Shown: positions 1 through 14,255, counted from the stretch's first letter. The stretch: 64,000 nt of DNA from Mobula hypostoma (GCF_963921235.1 NC_086097.1:146942001-147006000), one strand, 5' to 3'. The notes: generated by a model not told the origin, from the sequence alone. Made by a program: numbers and translations.

Positions 1-1604
1 CTCCAACTTCTACAACAATTTCATCAGGAACAACAGCCAAATCACTACTGTTCTCACCTCCCTCACCAAATTATCTGCCTCATGGATAATCTGGTTTTCT
101 GCCACGAGCTCAAGAGATACTTCATGACTGCTCTCATTCTCCATTATCTGAACCCCTCCAGACCTCTTCTGGTAGAGATGTGCACCGGGGCCATCCTCTT
201 CCTGTGAGGACCAGACGGGAAGACACACCCTTGTGCCCTCTTCCCAGCAAGTTCAACTCTACATAGCACCTTTATAGAAGAGGAGACAGGGAGCTACTCA
301 CCATTAAATGAGCCTTAAAGGAGTGGAGACATTGGCTGATGGGAAACATCAAGCCCTTCCTGATCTGGACTGACCACCAGCACCTCACATCTAATCAACA
401 GATGCACCAACTGAACTTATATCAGGCTTACTGGGCCTTCTTCTTCAAGAAATTCAACTTCTTCATCTCCTCCTGACCTGGCTCCAAGAATACTAAGTTG
501 GACACCTTATCACAGAGATCAACCCTCAGCCCATCATGTCATCCTCACAGATCCTCACCCTGATCATCTGGGATCTTAAGAACCAATCCGCAAGGCTCTA
601 CAGCACAAACATTCTCCAGCCAGCACACCTGACAACTGCATGTATGTGCTGGAGGCCACGTGCTCTTGAGGCACTCCTGTGGGCCCACTCCTTACCCTCT
701 CTGGTACCATCCAGGTGCACAATGGACTCTTGATGTTATGTGACACCAGTCGCGGTGCTGCCTGCCTTCAATATGCCGAGCCCAAGTCCTCCAATCAGCA
801 GCCTTCTGGGATCCTGTTGCCCCCAACCAGTTCCATGATGCCTGTAGTCCCACATTGCTGTGGGTTTGCCACCTTTCCATTGAGGTTACAGTGACTGTGA
901 CAGTGGTGGACCACTTCTCCAAGGCAGCCCACTTCATTAACCTCCCCAAACATCTATCAGCCACTGAATCAATGGACCTGGTTCTCTAACATATAATCCA
1001 CCTCCACGGTTTCCCTCAGGATATTGTTTTCGACTGAGACCCACAATTCTTCTCCTGCTTCTGGTGAGCCTTCTGCTTCCTCCTCTGTCCCTCAGTGAAT
1101 TTGTCCTCTGGCTGCCATCACCCAACCAATGGTCAATCAGAAAGAGCCAATCAGCAAGAGGAGAAGTTTTTGCGATGTTTCGCTGCTTCTAAACCTTCAA
1201 CACGGAAGAAGTATCTGCTCTGGGCTGAACTGTCCCATAATCTATATACCTCCTCTGCCACAGGTACGTCACCCTTTGAAGTGCTCTATGCCCCTGTTGC
1301 TCTCCATGGAGGAGTCAACGATGGAAGTCCTGTCTGCTGGGACCCTGGTTCCCCAATGCCTGAAAACTTGAAAGAAGACATGGAGCTACCAATTGCATCT
1401 ACTGTGGCCAGGTTAACTGCTGTTGGTCTCCAGCCAAAGTAGTCCCACCTGAGGACTATGTCTGGCTGTCCACCCAAGATCTGCCACTGCAAATCAATTT
1501 CTATAACCTCTCGCTCTGTTTAATTGGTTCCTTAGACTACCCATCACAAAAACCCAGTCATTAACCATCTCCATCTGCCACTGTCCCTCAGGATCACACC
1601 TACC

Positions 1605-4116
1605 AAGGAGGTGTGATATGCTTCATGGTCATATTGCTTGGTGCAACCCCTGGAACGTACATGCCCTCAAATCCTATTGTTCCCCGGATCTGGAGTACCT
1701 TGTGCTGCTGTGTAGACCTTTCTGGCTGCTTAGGGAGTTCACGGCTGTTATTATCACAGCTGTGTATATTCTGCCGCAGGCTGATACTGACCTGGCTCTC
1801 AAGGAACCATACGAGACCATCAGCACCCTGGAGACTGTATACCCAGAGGCTGCCTTGATCATCACTGGAGATTTTATAGAGTGTTGTTGTCTAAAGTCTC
1901 TCCGAAGTTTTGTCAACACATCCAGGTGAGCACATAGGAGATTGTATAGTCGATCACTGTTACTCTCCCTTCCGCAACGCTTACAAAGCACTTCTACGTC
2001 TGCCATTTGGGAAGTTAGATCACTCGTCCATCTTGCTTTTGCCGATGTACAGGCAGAAGCTGAAGCAAGAAGCGGCCATACTCAAAACCGTCCACTGTTG
2101 GTCCAAGCAAGACTGCTTTGATGACATCGACTGGAATGTCTTCCATGATGAAGATGTCTCTGAGTTCACGGAAAGGGTCACAAGCTTCATCCAGAAGCCC
2201 ATCGAGGATCTTGTCCCCCTAAAGTCAATTAACGTCTATCTGAACCAGAAACCTTGTATCAACAGTTCCAAGCAAGTATCACTAACCACTCGAGACAGCT
2301 TACATTGCCAGTACCCAACAGGAACTCAAGAAATGCAGCTACACTCTACGCAGTCATCAAGGTAGCGGAACAACAATACGGGGATAAGATCCAGACACTA
2401 CTCTCCACCAACAACACACCCAGCATATGGTAAGGACTGCACACCATTGCAAATTTCAAAGCTAAACGCAATGGTGCTGCCAACATCGCTGCCTCTCTCC
2501 CAGATGAGCTAAATCTTTTTTACTCTCGGTTTGATGTCACCAACAGTGAGCCCCCGAGGAGAGCCACTGAAGCAGCCTGCACCTCGGTCATCTCTGAGGC
2601 TGAAGTACACAGGTGTTTCTGAGTGGACAGTCACAAGGCTGCGGGACCAGACGGCATCCCAGGCCGGGTACTCAGGATGTGCATAACACAACTGGCAGGT
2701 GTGTTTACAGACATTTTTAATCTCTCCCTCTCCCAGTGTAGAGTGCCCTCCTGCTTCAAAACATCCACCATTGTTCTCATACCTAAAAAGACCAAGGTAA
2801 CATGTCTGAACAACTGGTGTCCTGTTGCACTCACCTCAATAATAAGCAAATGTTTTGAGAGGTTGGTCAAGGACTACATCTGCGTCATACTACCACCCAC
2901 ACTGGACCCCCTATAATTCACCTACCGACACAACCGATCAACAGGTGACGCAGTAGCCACAGCTCTACACACAGTCCTTACACATCTGGAGAAGAAGGAT
3001 GCTTATGTGAGAATGTGTTCTTGGACTACAGTTCAGCATTCAACACCATAATTCCTTCTAGGCTTGACAAGAAGCTCAGACAAGAAGCCTTCACCCTGCC
3101 TTGTGCAGCTGGATCCTGGACTTCCTGTCAGATCACCAGCAGGTGGTAAAAGTGGGCTCCCTCACCTCTGTCCCTCTGACCCACAACACAAGAGCCCTTG
3201 AGGGCTGTGTCCTAAGCCTCCCCCTTTACTCTCTGTATACCCATGACTGTGTCACCACCCACAGCTCCAACCTGCTAATTAAATTTACTGACAATACTAC
3301 ATTGATTAGCCTTATTTCAAATAATAATGAAGCACCCTACAGAGAGGAAGTCATTACCCTGACACACTGGTGTCAAGAGAACAACCTCTCCATCAATGTT
3401 GCAAAAACAAAGGAGCTGGTTGTGGACTACAGGAGGAATGGAGACAGGGTAGCCCTTATTGACAACAGTAGATCTGGGGTTGAGAGGGTGAACATCTTTA
3501 AGTTCCCTGGCTTACACATGACTGAGGATCTCACATGGTCTGTACATACCAGCTGTGTGGTGAAAAAAGCACAATAGTGCCTCTTTCGGTGGAAGAAGTT
3601 TGGCATGAGTCCCCATATCCTAAGGACTTTCTACAGGGGCACAATTAAGAGCATCCTGACTGGCTGCATCACTGCCTAGTATGGAAAATGTAATTCCCTC
3701 AATTGTAGGACTCTGCAGAGAGTGGTGCGGACAGCCAAGCGCATCTGTAGATGTGAACTTCCCATGATTCAAGAAATTTACAGAAACAGGTGCATAAAAA
3801 GAGCTCAAAGGATATTTGGGGTCCCAAGTCAGCCCAACCACAAACTGATCCAGCTGCTATCATCTGGGAAACGCTACTGCAGCCTTAAAGCCAGGACCAA
3901 CAAGCTCCGGGACAGCTTCTTTCACCAGGCCATCAGACTGAACTACTCATGCTGATACAATTGTATTTCTATGCTACATTGACTGTCCTGTTGTACATAC
4001 TATTTTTTACAAATTACTATAATTTGCAGATTGCACATTTAGACAGAGACATAACATAAAGATTTTTACTCCTCATGTATGTGAAGGATGTAAGAAATAA
4101 AGTCAATTCAATTCAG
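1605..4116 (+). mobile_element. Rex1/Babar-type LINE, 5'-truncated and decayed
   Basis: Endonuclease motifs (CRPFWLLREFT, AVYILPQA, DHCYS, DHSSILL) and RT motifs ([25 protein letters not shown]). Ends with AATAAA plus an (attca)n tail. Confidence 0.9.
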
Positions 4117-4393
4117 TTCACATGCCCTGCCTCAAGTACATTGTCCATGGACCACTCAACCCACCTGAGCCTGCAACTTCGGAACCAGGGATGGTGGAAA
4201 ATGCTCCAATATAAACGGTTCACTGATCGATAGATCCACATCATTATGGATGGCCTGTGCAGTACCTGATCAAGTGGAACAAAGATCTTGGGTGCTGTCT
4301 AATTTCATCTTGGTTCCATTGCTCATCGAGGAGTTCAACTAGACTCATCCAGATCATCCTGAGCCATCAGATGCCAGATGTAGGAAGGGGGCC

Positions 4394-4701
4394 TGTACAT
4401 TCAGGCAGCTTCTAATCTCCCCTCAGCTAACAGAGGTCACCTGTCACACATTTCCAAACCATCACCTGCAGGATATTTAAACCCAGCTCTCATCCATAGT
4501 CCTTTATTCACTCGAAGAACCAGCCGGTCCCAGTTGCTCCTAGTCTTCAGTTACATTTTTTCCTTGTTGTGCTAAGCACCGTTCTCTTTTGTTTTGTGGC
4601 CCCTTGTGGCTTGTTATTTTTCAGTATATTATTAAAGTGATTGCTCACCATTAAATCATCTCCACTGTCCTGCATTCAGGTCAAGTCTCAATTTCCTGAC
4701 A
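4394..4701 (+). repeat. 3' LTR of the Gypsy element
   Basis: Starts TGTA right after the polypurine tract, contains TATTTAAA and ATTAAA, ends TGACA. A related LTR fragment lies at ~21519-21625. Confidence 0.75.
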
Positions 4702-7220
4702 TTATTCTCATTGTCAACCATGCAGACAATTTTGCAACGTCTGCAACCTTCTTCATGTGGCCTCTATATTTCAATCTTAACTCATTAGTATAGGAAAAAT
4801 GACCAATGAGGAAATTTGCTGTCTTGAAGAACCTCATAGTGATGCCTTTCTTGTCACAAACATACCTTCAACCATTAAACTTTGCTTCTTGCCACTTAGC
4901 CAATTTTTGATCCAACGGTCACTCTCTCTTGGAACCCATGTGTCTTTACAGTTTTCAATCGACCATCATATGAGACCTTGTAGGTTCATAAAGAGATGCA
5001 GTACGTAAACAGATACTTTGGCACCAAGTCCATGCAACCATCAGCCATCCATATATGTTAATCCAATGTTGATCCCATTTTATTTAATCACCCCAAGTTC
5101 TACCACTTACATATGCGCTAAGGTCAATGCACAGTAGAAATTATGCAGCCAGCCCATGTATCTTTGGGACATGGGAGGAGACCACAGCATGAACTCCATG
5201 TGCAAGCTGCACCCAGACCCTGTTCTCTAACATTGTGAGGCAGGAGCTCTTTAACAGCATCACTGTGCTAACCTCAGGAAAGCAAGCCAATGGTCATAGG
5301 AAGAACATGCAAACTCCCCAGTGACAGCACCCTGAAGCTGGGACTGAATCCAGATCTTTGGCACTGTGTGACAGAGGTTCTATAACCTGTGTCACTGTCT
5401 ATTTACTGAAATCATGTACTGTGCATGAAATGTACTTGCATTATTCACCCCTCCTTGCTACTGGCTGAAACAATTCAATCAAACTAGTGAAACAAGACTT
5501 TTTTTCAACAAATCCATGCTGACAGCTCCTGATTAATTTATACCTTTCTAAATGAGGGGTTATATTGTTTCTTTGAATTAATTCCAAATATTTGCATGAC
5601 ATTAATGTTAAACTAAATGACCTATAATTACTCGGTTTATCTCTTCATTCCTTTTATACAAAATTAGTAGTTTTCCAATCCTCTGGCATCACCCTAGAGA
5701 CAAGAAAAAAAGGAGGATGGTGTCAGAGCTTCAGCAATTTCCACACTCTCTTTTAACAGCCTGTGAAATGTTTCATCCAAGGCAGTAAATGTTCCCTCTT
5801 CAAATGATAACAAGCCCCAATACATCCTCTTTATTACGTTTACTCCATCCAATATTTCAAATACATTTTTCCAAACTACAGTGTCAGTCTTCTATTAATA
5901 AACCCACCTGTATACTGTACGTAGGACAGCTTTCTGATCCAGAGGTGCTCTATTCTTTCCTTAGTTATTCTTTTGGCTGTATGTATTGAAAGCATCTGCA
6001 GACTTTCTTCAAATTTGGTCAACTATCGCCCTGAAATTTGCTTACACATTTGCTCCTCAATCTGCTTTGTGTTATTTGGAGGTCTGGATTACATTTCCAA
6101 CAGTGCGATTGCCCATCCTTTTTTCTTCAATGAACTCCTCATCTAATCATTCTTTCAGCATTTCATTAGCTATCAAAGCCATGATTAATTCTTCAACCAA
6201 TAACACCACCTGTATTACCTTTTATTCCCAACGTCATCTCATGTCAAAGCCCTGTACCTTGTCAGTAAGCACTCAGTCTCGAGGAGACACCCAAGCAATT
6301 CTGTTTGAGGATAAAGTAGGTTTAATGAATTCAGCCAGAAGTATCCCACTCTGGGTCACTTTAAACATATTACAGTCATGGTTAAAACATCATACTTTCA
6401 TGTGAATATCAGGTGTTGACTACGTTTCCTGCATTTTGTGCTTACTGGTCAGACTCCTTTTGGCCTGCTGCTTAATTTTGTTCCTTATGAATACTTGCTC
6501 AGCTTTTTATCACCTTGCCACACTGGATGAACACTTCCCCCATGGTATTATCAAACCTACCAACCAGAATAGTGATCCTATACTGACTGACATATATTAT
6601 GTTAGACATAAACTGCATCAACCTTCTCCTGAACTATTCCAAATGCCCCAAAATTATAAAACCTTCCTTCCTGCACTAAACCTCTGACCACACATGCATA
6701 TACACATTCCACGTTTTTTTATACTCACAGGCACATGGCACTGGGAGTAATATAGCAACTGCATTATCTACAGATTCCCTTGCGGCTTTGAAATGAAGCC
6801 CTGCTTCAGATGTTTCATTAGTCTTTCCCAGCTGTTTGCTGGATCACACCCCTTGATATCAAAATGAACCACAGCCAATGGCTGTTCACCTTCGCCCTCC
6901 AACACGTTCTGTGCCTACTCAGTTACATCCTTGACCCTAGCACAAGGGGGGGCAACACACTTTCCTGAATCACATATGAATTCATAAAAAAAATTCCCTA
7001 ACTATAGAATCCCATACAACTATTCCTCTCTGGACATTTCTCCTCCTTCAGCTGAGTCATCCATGGAATTGGCTCCAGGAGAAAGACTCTACCCAACTAA
7101 TTATTGGTTAGAGAATGAGATTTAATGAACTACCCAGCGCTCTTCTGTCTATCCGCAAGTAACCAAGTCTCCCTCTGCCTCCAATATCTTGAGCCCAAAA
7201 GTCATCACTGCCTGACACAT
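4702..7220 (-). mobile_element. Very old CR1-like LINE remnants with SINE-like pieces at ~5000-5400
   Basis: Patchy nucleotide resemblance to the minus-strand CR1 copies elsewhere in the window; no open frames. Confidence 0.45.
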
Positions 7221-7414
7221 GCTATTTGCTAAGAAATCAGGTGGAATACAAGTAAATAAGGTGGTAATGAGGGCTTGCCTTCATTGGTTGGGGCACAGAG
7301 TACAGAAATTGAAATATTATGTTTCAACTTTACAAAAACACTGGTTAAACTTTACTCAGACTGTTATATGTGATGTACTTGACCAAGAGAAAGTGAAGAA
7401 GGGATTCAATAGGA

Positions 7415-7985
7415 TGCCCCTCCCCTCTAATCTCCCTCCTGGCACTTATGCCTGCAATGGCCTAAGTGCTATATCTGCCCATTCACCTCCACCGTCACCT
7501 CCATTCAGGGCCCCAAACAGTCCTCCCAGGTGAAGTAACACTTCACCTGTGAATCTGCAGGGTCACCTACTGTGTCCAGCACTTCTGATGCAGCCCCCTC
7601 TACGTTGGTGAGACCTGTCGTAAAATGAGGGATTGCTTCATCGAGTACCTCCGCTCCATCTGCCAAAACTGGAGCTTCCTGGGGGCCAAAGATTTTAATT
7701 CTGATTCCCATTTCCATTCGAACAGGATGGTCCATGGTCTCTTCTTCTGCCAAGATGAGGCCACGCTCAGGGTGGAGGAGCAACACCTTATATTCCGTCT
7801 GGATAGCCTCCAACTTGATGGCATGAACATCGATTTCTCCTTCCGGTAAAAAATGTTTTCCCTCCTCCTCCTCCCCTTTTCTGTTCCCCACTTTGGGTTT
7901 TTACCTCTTTTCACCGGCTTATCACTTCCCTCTGGATCCCCCCCTCCTGCCCTTTCTTGTATGGTCCCCTCTCCTCTCCTAGTAC
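7415..7985 (+). mobile_element. Penelope-like element 3' fragment (GIY-YIG endonuclease)
   Basis: Motifs PGTYAC, QGPKQS, HFTCES, LYVGET, FIEYLRSI and EEQHLIFRL..LQLDGMNIDFS, followed by a pyrimidine-rich pLTR-like region. Confidence 0.8.
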
Positions 7986-8504
7986 TATTTTACTGTTTGC
8001 ACAATCTGTTTTTTATCTCTCTGCACATTGGGTTTCTGGCAGTCTTTTTAAAAATGGGTTCTTTTGGGTTTCTTTGTTTTGCGGCTGCCTGTAAGGAGAT
8101 GAATCTCAAGGGTGTTTAACATATACATTGATAATAAATGTACTTTGAACTTTGAGTTCCTCCAGCATTTTGTGTGTGTTGCTTCACAGCGATGTTGCCT
8201 GTTTGGAGGACTTCAGTTAAGGGACTTCAGTTGAATAGGCTGGGTTATTTTCCTTAGAGTGAAGGCTGCAGAGAGACAACCTGATAGAGGTATATGTGAT
8301 GATATTAAGTGTAGTAAATGGTGCTTTCTCATGAGAGGAGCATCAAAATCAGAAAGATATGGGTTATATTATTACTATTATTATTATTACACCTCAACCA
8401 TCAGGCTCTTGAACCAGAGGGGAAAATTTCATTCATCTTCACTCACCACATATTGAACTGTTTCCACAATCTGAGGATTAACTTTCAAGGGCTCATCATC
8501 TCAT

Positions 8505-9650
8505 GTTTGACAAGGTGCCACACATGAGGCTGTTACCAAGTTAAGAGCCCATGGTATTACAGAAAAGTTACTAACATGGTTAGAGCATTGGCTGATTGGT
8601 AGGAGGCAGCGAGTGGGAATAAAAGGATCTTTTTCAGGTTGGTTGCCAGTGACTAGTGGTGCTCCGCTGGGGTCGGTGTTGGGACCATTTCTTTTTATGC
8701 TGTATATTAATGATTTAGATGATGAAATAAATGGCTTTGTTGCCAAGTTTGCAGCTGACACGAAAATTGGTGGAGGGGCAGGCAGTGTTGAGGAAACAGG
8801 TAGGATGCAGAAGGACTTACACAGATTAGGAGAATGGGCAAGAAAGTGGCAAATGAAATACAATCTTGGAAAATGCATGGTCATGCACTTTGTAGTAAAA
8901 ATAAATGTGTGGACTATTTTCTAAATGTGGAGAAAATCCAAAAATCTGAGATGCAAAGGGACTTGGGATTCCTTGTGCAGAACACCCTAAAGGTTAACTT
9001 GCAGGTTGAGTCAGTGGTGAGGAAGGCAAATGCCATATTAGCATTCATTTCAAGAGGTCTAGAATACAAGAGCAAGGATGTGAGGCCTCCCCTTGGGTAT
9101 TGTGAACAGTTTTGGGCCCCTCATCTTAGAAAAGATGTGCTGGCATTGGAGAGGGTCCAGAAGATGTTCACAAGGATGATTCCAGGAATGAAAGGGTTAT
9201 CATACGAGGAATATTTGATGGCTCTGGGTCTGCACTCACTGGAATTCAGAAGGATGAGGGGGGATCTCATTAAAACCTTTTGAATGTTGAAAGGCCTAGT
9301 AATAGTAGATGTGGAAAGGATGTTTCCCATGGTGGGAGAGTCTAGGACAAGATACCACAGCCTCAGGATAGAGGGGTGCCCTTTCAAAACAGAGATGCAG
9401 AGAAATTTCTTCAGCCAAAGGGTGGTGAATTTGTGGAATTTGTTGCCACATGCAGCTGTGGAGTTCAGATCGTTGGGTGTATTTAAGGCAGAGATTGATA
9501 GGTTGTTGATTGGACATTGCATCGAAGGTTACGGGAGAGGGCCGGGAACTGGTGTTGAGGAGGAGGAAAAAAAGAATCAGCCACGATCAAATGTTGGAGC
9601 AGACTTGATGGGCCAGATGGCCTAATTCTGCTCCTATGTCTTATGATCTT
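8505..9650 (+). mobile_element. CR1 LINE 3' fragment nested in the 3' end of another LINE
   Basis: Motifs VTSGAPLGSVLGP, KFAADTK and RNFFSQRVVNLWN with a CR1 tail. Flanks 8390-8505 and 9650-9825 look like two halves of one LINE 3' end. Confidence 0.9.
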
Positions 9651-10699
9651 TATTTGCACAGTTGTTTGTCCTTTGCATATTGGTTGCTTGACTGTCCTGT
9701 TGGGTGTGGTCTTTCATTGACTGTATTATGTTTCTTGGATTTACTGAGTATGGCCACAAGGTAATGAATCTGCATTGAATATGGTGACATATACGAACTT
9801 TAAATTTACTTTGAAATTTGAACTTCAAGGTGAGTGGATGTAGTTTAAAAGGGTATTTGTGGGAAAGCCCTTTACACAGAGAGTATCAGAATTATATTTC
9901 TGTCACTGACATGAGTGATGAAATTCATTGTTTTGTAGCAGCAGTACAGTACAGCGGTAGCATAAGAAATTACTATTAGTTGCAATTATGATAGATAAAT
10001 AAATAAATACCGTAAAAGAGGAATAGTGAGGTAGTGCAAAGGAGAACTGATGATACTCGTGAGTCACCGCTGCAGGAGTTGGCAGAGTTTGATACGATTA
10101 TTAAATTCGAGAAACATTGAGTTAGTTATTTTCTTAAATAAGCAAGGCAGGAGAGGATGTGAATCTAATGCAGGTATGTGGCATTAGTGTAGATAGTGAC
10201 AAAGGGAGTGTTGTATTTTCCATTTGTGCTGCCAGGGATAGTGGTAGAAGTAGAGACATTGAGGGCATTTAAGGAACTCTTAGATAGGCACATGAATGAT
10301 AGAAATATCTATCATTCTGTGTTGGGGGGAAGGGTTACAAGTAGGTTGAAGGGATGGGGCAACATCATGGGCTGAAGGCCCGTACTGTGCTGTAGTGTTC
10401 TATTTTCTCTGGACTTGATGGATTGAAGGAGCCCATTTCTGTGCTGTACAGCTCTATGGTTCTCTCCAATTGTGCAGTGAGTTCCACTGTTCCATAATCT
10501 CCTAAACTCTGCAGCTGATGGCCTTTCCTCATCTGATGCCATAGAGGATAAAAGAACTTCCACATGGAGCTGAATATTGACTCCAGGAGGAGGAAACCAG
10601 AGGTCCATAAGCCTGGCCTCATCAGGTAGGGAGAGTCAACAATGTTAAATTCCTCCGCAGTATCATTTCAGGGGATCTGTCCTGTGTCCAGCACGCAAG

Positions 10700-11395
10700 T
10701 TCCATTACAAAGAAAGCATGGCAGCGACCCCTACTTTCTTAGAAGTTTGCAAAGCTTTGTGATGTCATCTGAAACTTCAACAAACTTCTATAGATGTGTG
10801 ATGGAGAGTATACAGATTGGTTGTATCATGGCCTGGTATGGAAACTCAAATGTCCTTGAATGGAAAAACCTGCAAAATGTAGTGGATACAGCCCAGTCCA
10901 TCAGGGGTAAAGCCCTCCCCACTATTGAACACATCTACAAGAAGCACTGTCGCAGGAAAGCAGCATCCGCTGTCAAGGACCCCCGCCATTTAGGCTATGC
11001 TCTGTTCTCACTGGTGCCATCAGGAAGGAGGTAAGGTGCCTCAGGACCCACACCTCCAGATTCAGGAATAGTTATTACCCCTCAACCATCAAGCTCTTGA
11101 ACCAAAAAGGTTAACCTGATTCAACTTCAATCACTCCAACACTGAACTGTTGCCACAACCTATTGACTCAAATACAATGAATCTTCATCTCATGTTCTCA
11201 ATATTCATGGCTTATTTATTTTCCCCCTTTTTTACTTGCACGGTTTGAAGTCTATTGCACATTGATTGTTTGTTTGTCTTGTGTGTGACTTTTCTTTGAT
11301 TCTATGTGCTTCTTTATATTTACCATTAATGCCCACAAGAAAACGAATCTCAGGGTTGTATCTGTACTTGGATAATAAATTTACTTTGAACTGTA
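10700..11395 (+). mobile_element. Rex/Babar-like LINE 3' fragment
   Basis: NFYRCVMESIQIGCIMAWYGN...FSLVPSGRR; 3' UTR ends AATAAATTTACTTTGAAC. Confidence 0.8.
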
Positions 11396-11726
11396 AACAT
11401 GGTGCAAGATCTGCATGCTACCAGTCTGAGATGTGAGGTTATAGTGTATTTGATCATCCCACGTTTTCACATTCTGACGGAATAGTACTCCTTGCAACTA
11501 GGCTTCATGCATTAAACACTCCTGTAATTTTGTAGCTAGAAATGCAGTAACATCAGCCCTGTACACAGTAATTACCTGCCAACTAATTGTAAACTGCCAT
11601 CTTATCAATTCCTTAATGTAAAATGTAAAACATAATTAATTTCCAAAAAAAAATCGACATCTATAGTATCAACACTACCTACTTCCCCGAGCTTCGGTTT
11701 TAGCGCCATAAGCTCTGTCTACTTAC

Positions 11727-11897
11727 TTAAAGTTATTTTAACTGTTTGAAATGTATGAAGCACAGCAGAGTATTAAAACAGAAGGGGCTCCGATAAAGAG
11801 CAATGAACTAAAGTGACCAGATCACCATTGACAGGTGATGGTGGAAGTATCATTGTTGATCACAACACCAGGGTGAACGCCAATGTGCATTTTTTAA
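11727..11897 (-). pseudogene. Candidate transmembrane-segment exon relic (5' part possibly at 13552-13594, split by CR1)
   Basis: Donor AA|GTAAGT and a hydrophobic run FSSLLFIGAPSVLILCCASYI. A phase-1-compatible acceptor tgtctttctttggatag| lies at 13594 on the other side of the CR1. Confidence 0.35.
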
Positions 11898-11898
11898 A

Positions 11899-13550
11899 CC
11901 ATAAGACCGTAAGATAGAGGAGCAGAATTAACTATTTGACCCATCAAATCTGCTCTGTCATTCGATCATGGATGATTTATTATCCCTCTCAAAACCATTC
12001 TTCTGCCTTCTCCCCATAACATCTGATGCCGTCACGAATCAAGAACCTATCATGGTCCACATTAAATATACTCAGTGCCTCCACAGCCATCTGAAGCAAT
12101 GAATTCCACAGATTCAGCACCCTCTGGTTAAAGTAATTCCTCCTCATCTCTGTTCTGAAAGGATGCCCTTGTCTTCTAAGGCTTTGCACCTCTTTTCTGA
12201 ATTTGTTCCCTGTTTGGAAAATAGCTGATGTCATTATTCCTCTGCCAAAGTGAAGGACCATATACTTCCTTACACTCTATTTCATCTGCCACTTCTTTGC
12301 CCATTCTCCTAATCTGTCCAAGTCCTTCTGCAGACTCCCTGCTTCCTTAACACTGTCTGCCCCTCTTTGCATCATCTGCAAACTTGGCCACAAAGCCAGC
12401 AATTCCATTGTCCAGATCATCGACATATAATGTGAAAAGAAGCTGTCCCAGCACAGCCTCCTGCAGAACACCACTAATTATTGGAAGCCAAACAGAAAAA
12501 GCCCCTTCATTCCCACTCTGACTCCTGTACATCAGCAATCTCAGTACATGATAGTATCTTTCCTGTAATACCATGGGGTCTTATCTTGTTTAGCAACCTC
12601 CCATGTGGCACCTTGTTGAGGCCTTTTGAAAATCTAAGTAAACATCCTTTGTTTATCTCGTCTGTTATTTCCTCAAATGATTCCAATTGATTTGTCAGGC
12701 AAGATTTCTCCATAAAGTAACTATGTTGACAGCCTATTTTATCACATGCCTCCAAGTATCTTTAAATCTTACCTTAATAATGGACACCACCATCTGGCCA
12801 ACTACTGGTCAGGTTAAATGGCCTCCCTCCCTTTTCAAATAGTGGAGTGTCATTTGCAATCTTCTAGTCCTCTGCAATCATTCCAGAATCTCATGATTCT
12901 TGAAAGATCATAACTAATGCCTAACAATCTTTTCCGGTACCACTTCCAGAACCCTGGAGTTTAGTCCATCTGGGTCAGGTGACTTCTCTCCATTCAGACC
13001 TTTCAGCTCCTCAAATACCTTTTCCTTAGTAACAGTGACTACAGCCGTTTCTGGCCCCTGACACTCTTGAATTTCTGGCATACTGCTCAATGAAGACCGA
13101 TGCAAAATAATAATTAAGTTTGTCTGCCATTTCTTTGTCCCCATTTTCCAATGGTTCGCTACCCACTCTTGGCTCCCTCTTTTTTATTATTGGCTGGCTT
13201 TCCTTCATATTTCAACACTTCTCTCCTTATTGCTTTCTTAATTGCCTTTGGTTGGTTTTAAAAACTTCCCACCAGTTGTTGCTATATTATATGCTCTCTC
13301 TTTTGCTTTTATGCTGCCAGCCACAGTTGCCTCAATCTCCCTTTAGAATGATGAACCAGTCCTGTGTCTTTCCCAGAAACCCCAGCCATTGCTGCTGTTG
13401 CATCATCTCTCCTAATGTCCTCTTGCAATGCAACTCCTTTATCCAACTCCTCTTTCATGCCTCTGTAATTCCCAGTACTCTGCTGTAATACCGATACATC
13501 TAATTTTAGCTTCTCCTTCTCAAACTGTAGGGTGAATTCTATCATATAAT
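11899..13550 (-). mobile_element. CR1 LINE with internal deletions
   Basis: Motifs KSCLTNQLE, KVPHGRLL, KFADDAK and KSPDPDGL; tail at ~11899. Confidence 0.88.
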
Positions 13551-13977
13551 TTGTGACATTTACCTCAAAAGGCATGTATGTCCAATTTCATGACCTATCC
13601 AAAGAAAGACAGTTGCAACTAGGTCATTCACATTCATTCATTACTGGATTAAAGTGCCAGCTTAGGTCATGAGCTCAAGTCCTATGGTAGAGTTTGAACC
13701 CACTATTGTCACTGAGCCACAAATGATATTACAACCTCATATGCCTCAAAAATCACCCTCCAGAAATTTGAGCAATAGCAGTTGTTTTTCAGACCTTCCA
13801 TTTTTGCTTTTGCTTTCGCCAAAGCTGGAGTGCAGCATGAATGTGGCAGTCAGTTTCCCATTGCCCTGTTGCCCACAATCAATTTCTTCCTCATCTTTCC
13901 TTTGCCCGTCATCAAACCCTCTCAGGATGCCTTTGCTAACATTAAAAGTTGTAAATAAATTGAGGTAAAAATATTAC

Positions 13978-14250
13978 CTTTTCTCAAAATTATGTAGGAC
14001 TGTTGAGCAAGCAGAGTTTTCATCCTCACGTTGCACTTCTTTAGGAATACGTGGTTATTATGATTAAAATTGTTACAATTCCTTGCTGTTGACTGCACTT
14101 TATAGGCATACACTGCTGATCAATGCACTTTGTAGTAATGCTTGAATTATTTCATGTTTCTGAAATCATCTCAAATCCGATTGCAGAAGGAAATACTGGG
14201 AGTGACTTGCTGGCTGAATGCAGCTCAGTTTTAAAAGGACTGGATAATCA
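13978..14250 (-). pseudogene. TMEM132-like exon relic, 3' part
   Basis: Ends FLKKCNVRMKTLLAQQSYIILRK with donor AAG|GTAATA, like TMEM132 [24 protein letters not shown]. Several stops upstream in the same frame. Confidence 0.55.
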
Positions 14251-14255
14251 AGATC

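Larger units (their letters stand above)
1..4701 (+). mobile_element. Decayed chromodomain Gypsy LTR retrotransposon (RNase H, integrase, chromodomain, 3' LTR), interrupted by a Rex LINE
   Basis: Motifs LKEWRHWL, WTDHQHL, VVDHFSKAAHF, HPTNGQSERANQ and chromodomain-like QYLIKW (~4260). Polypurine tract at ~4382-4391. 5' part lies outside the window. Confidence 0.88.

Noticed and set aside
8366..8388. Poly-Tyr/poly-Leu ORFs
   Set aside because: An (ATT)n microsatellite between LINE fragments.
10312..10622. Short minus-strand ORFs as a possible cytoplasmic-tail exon
   Set aside because: No recognisable motif or convincing splice sites.
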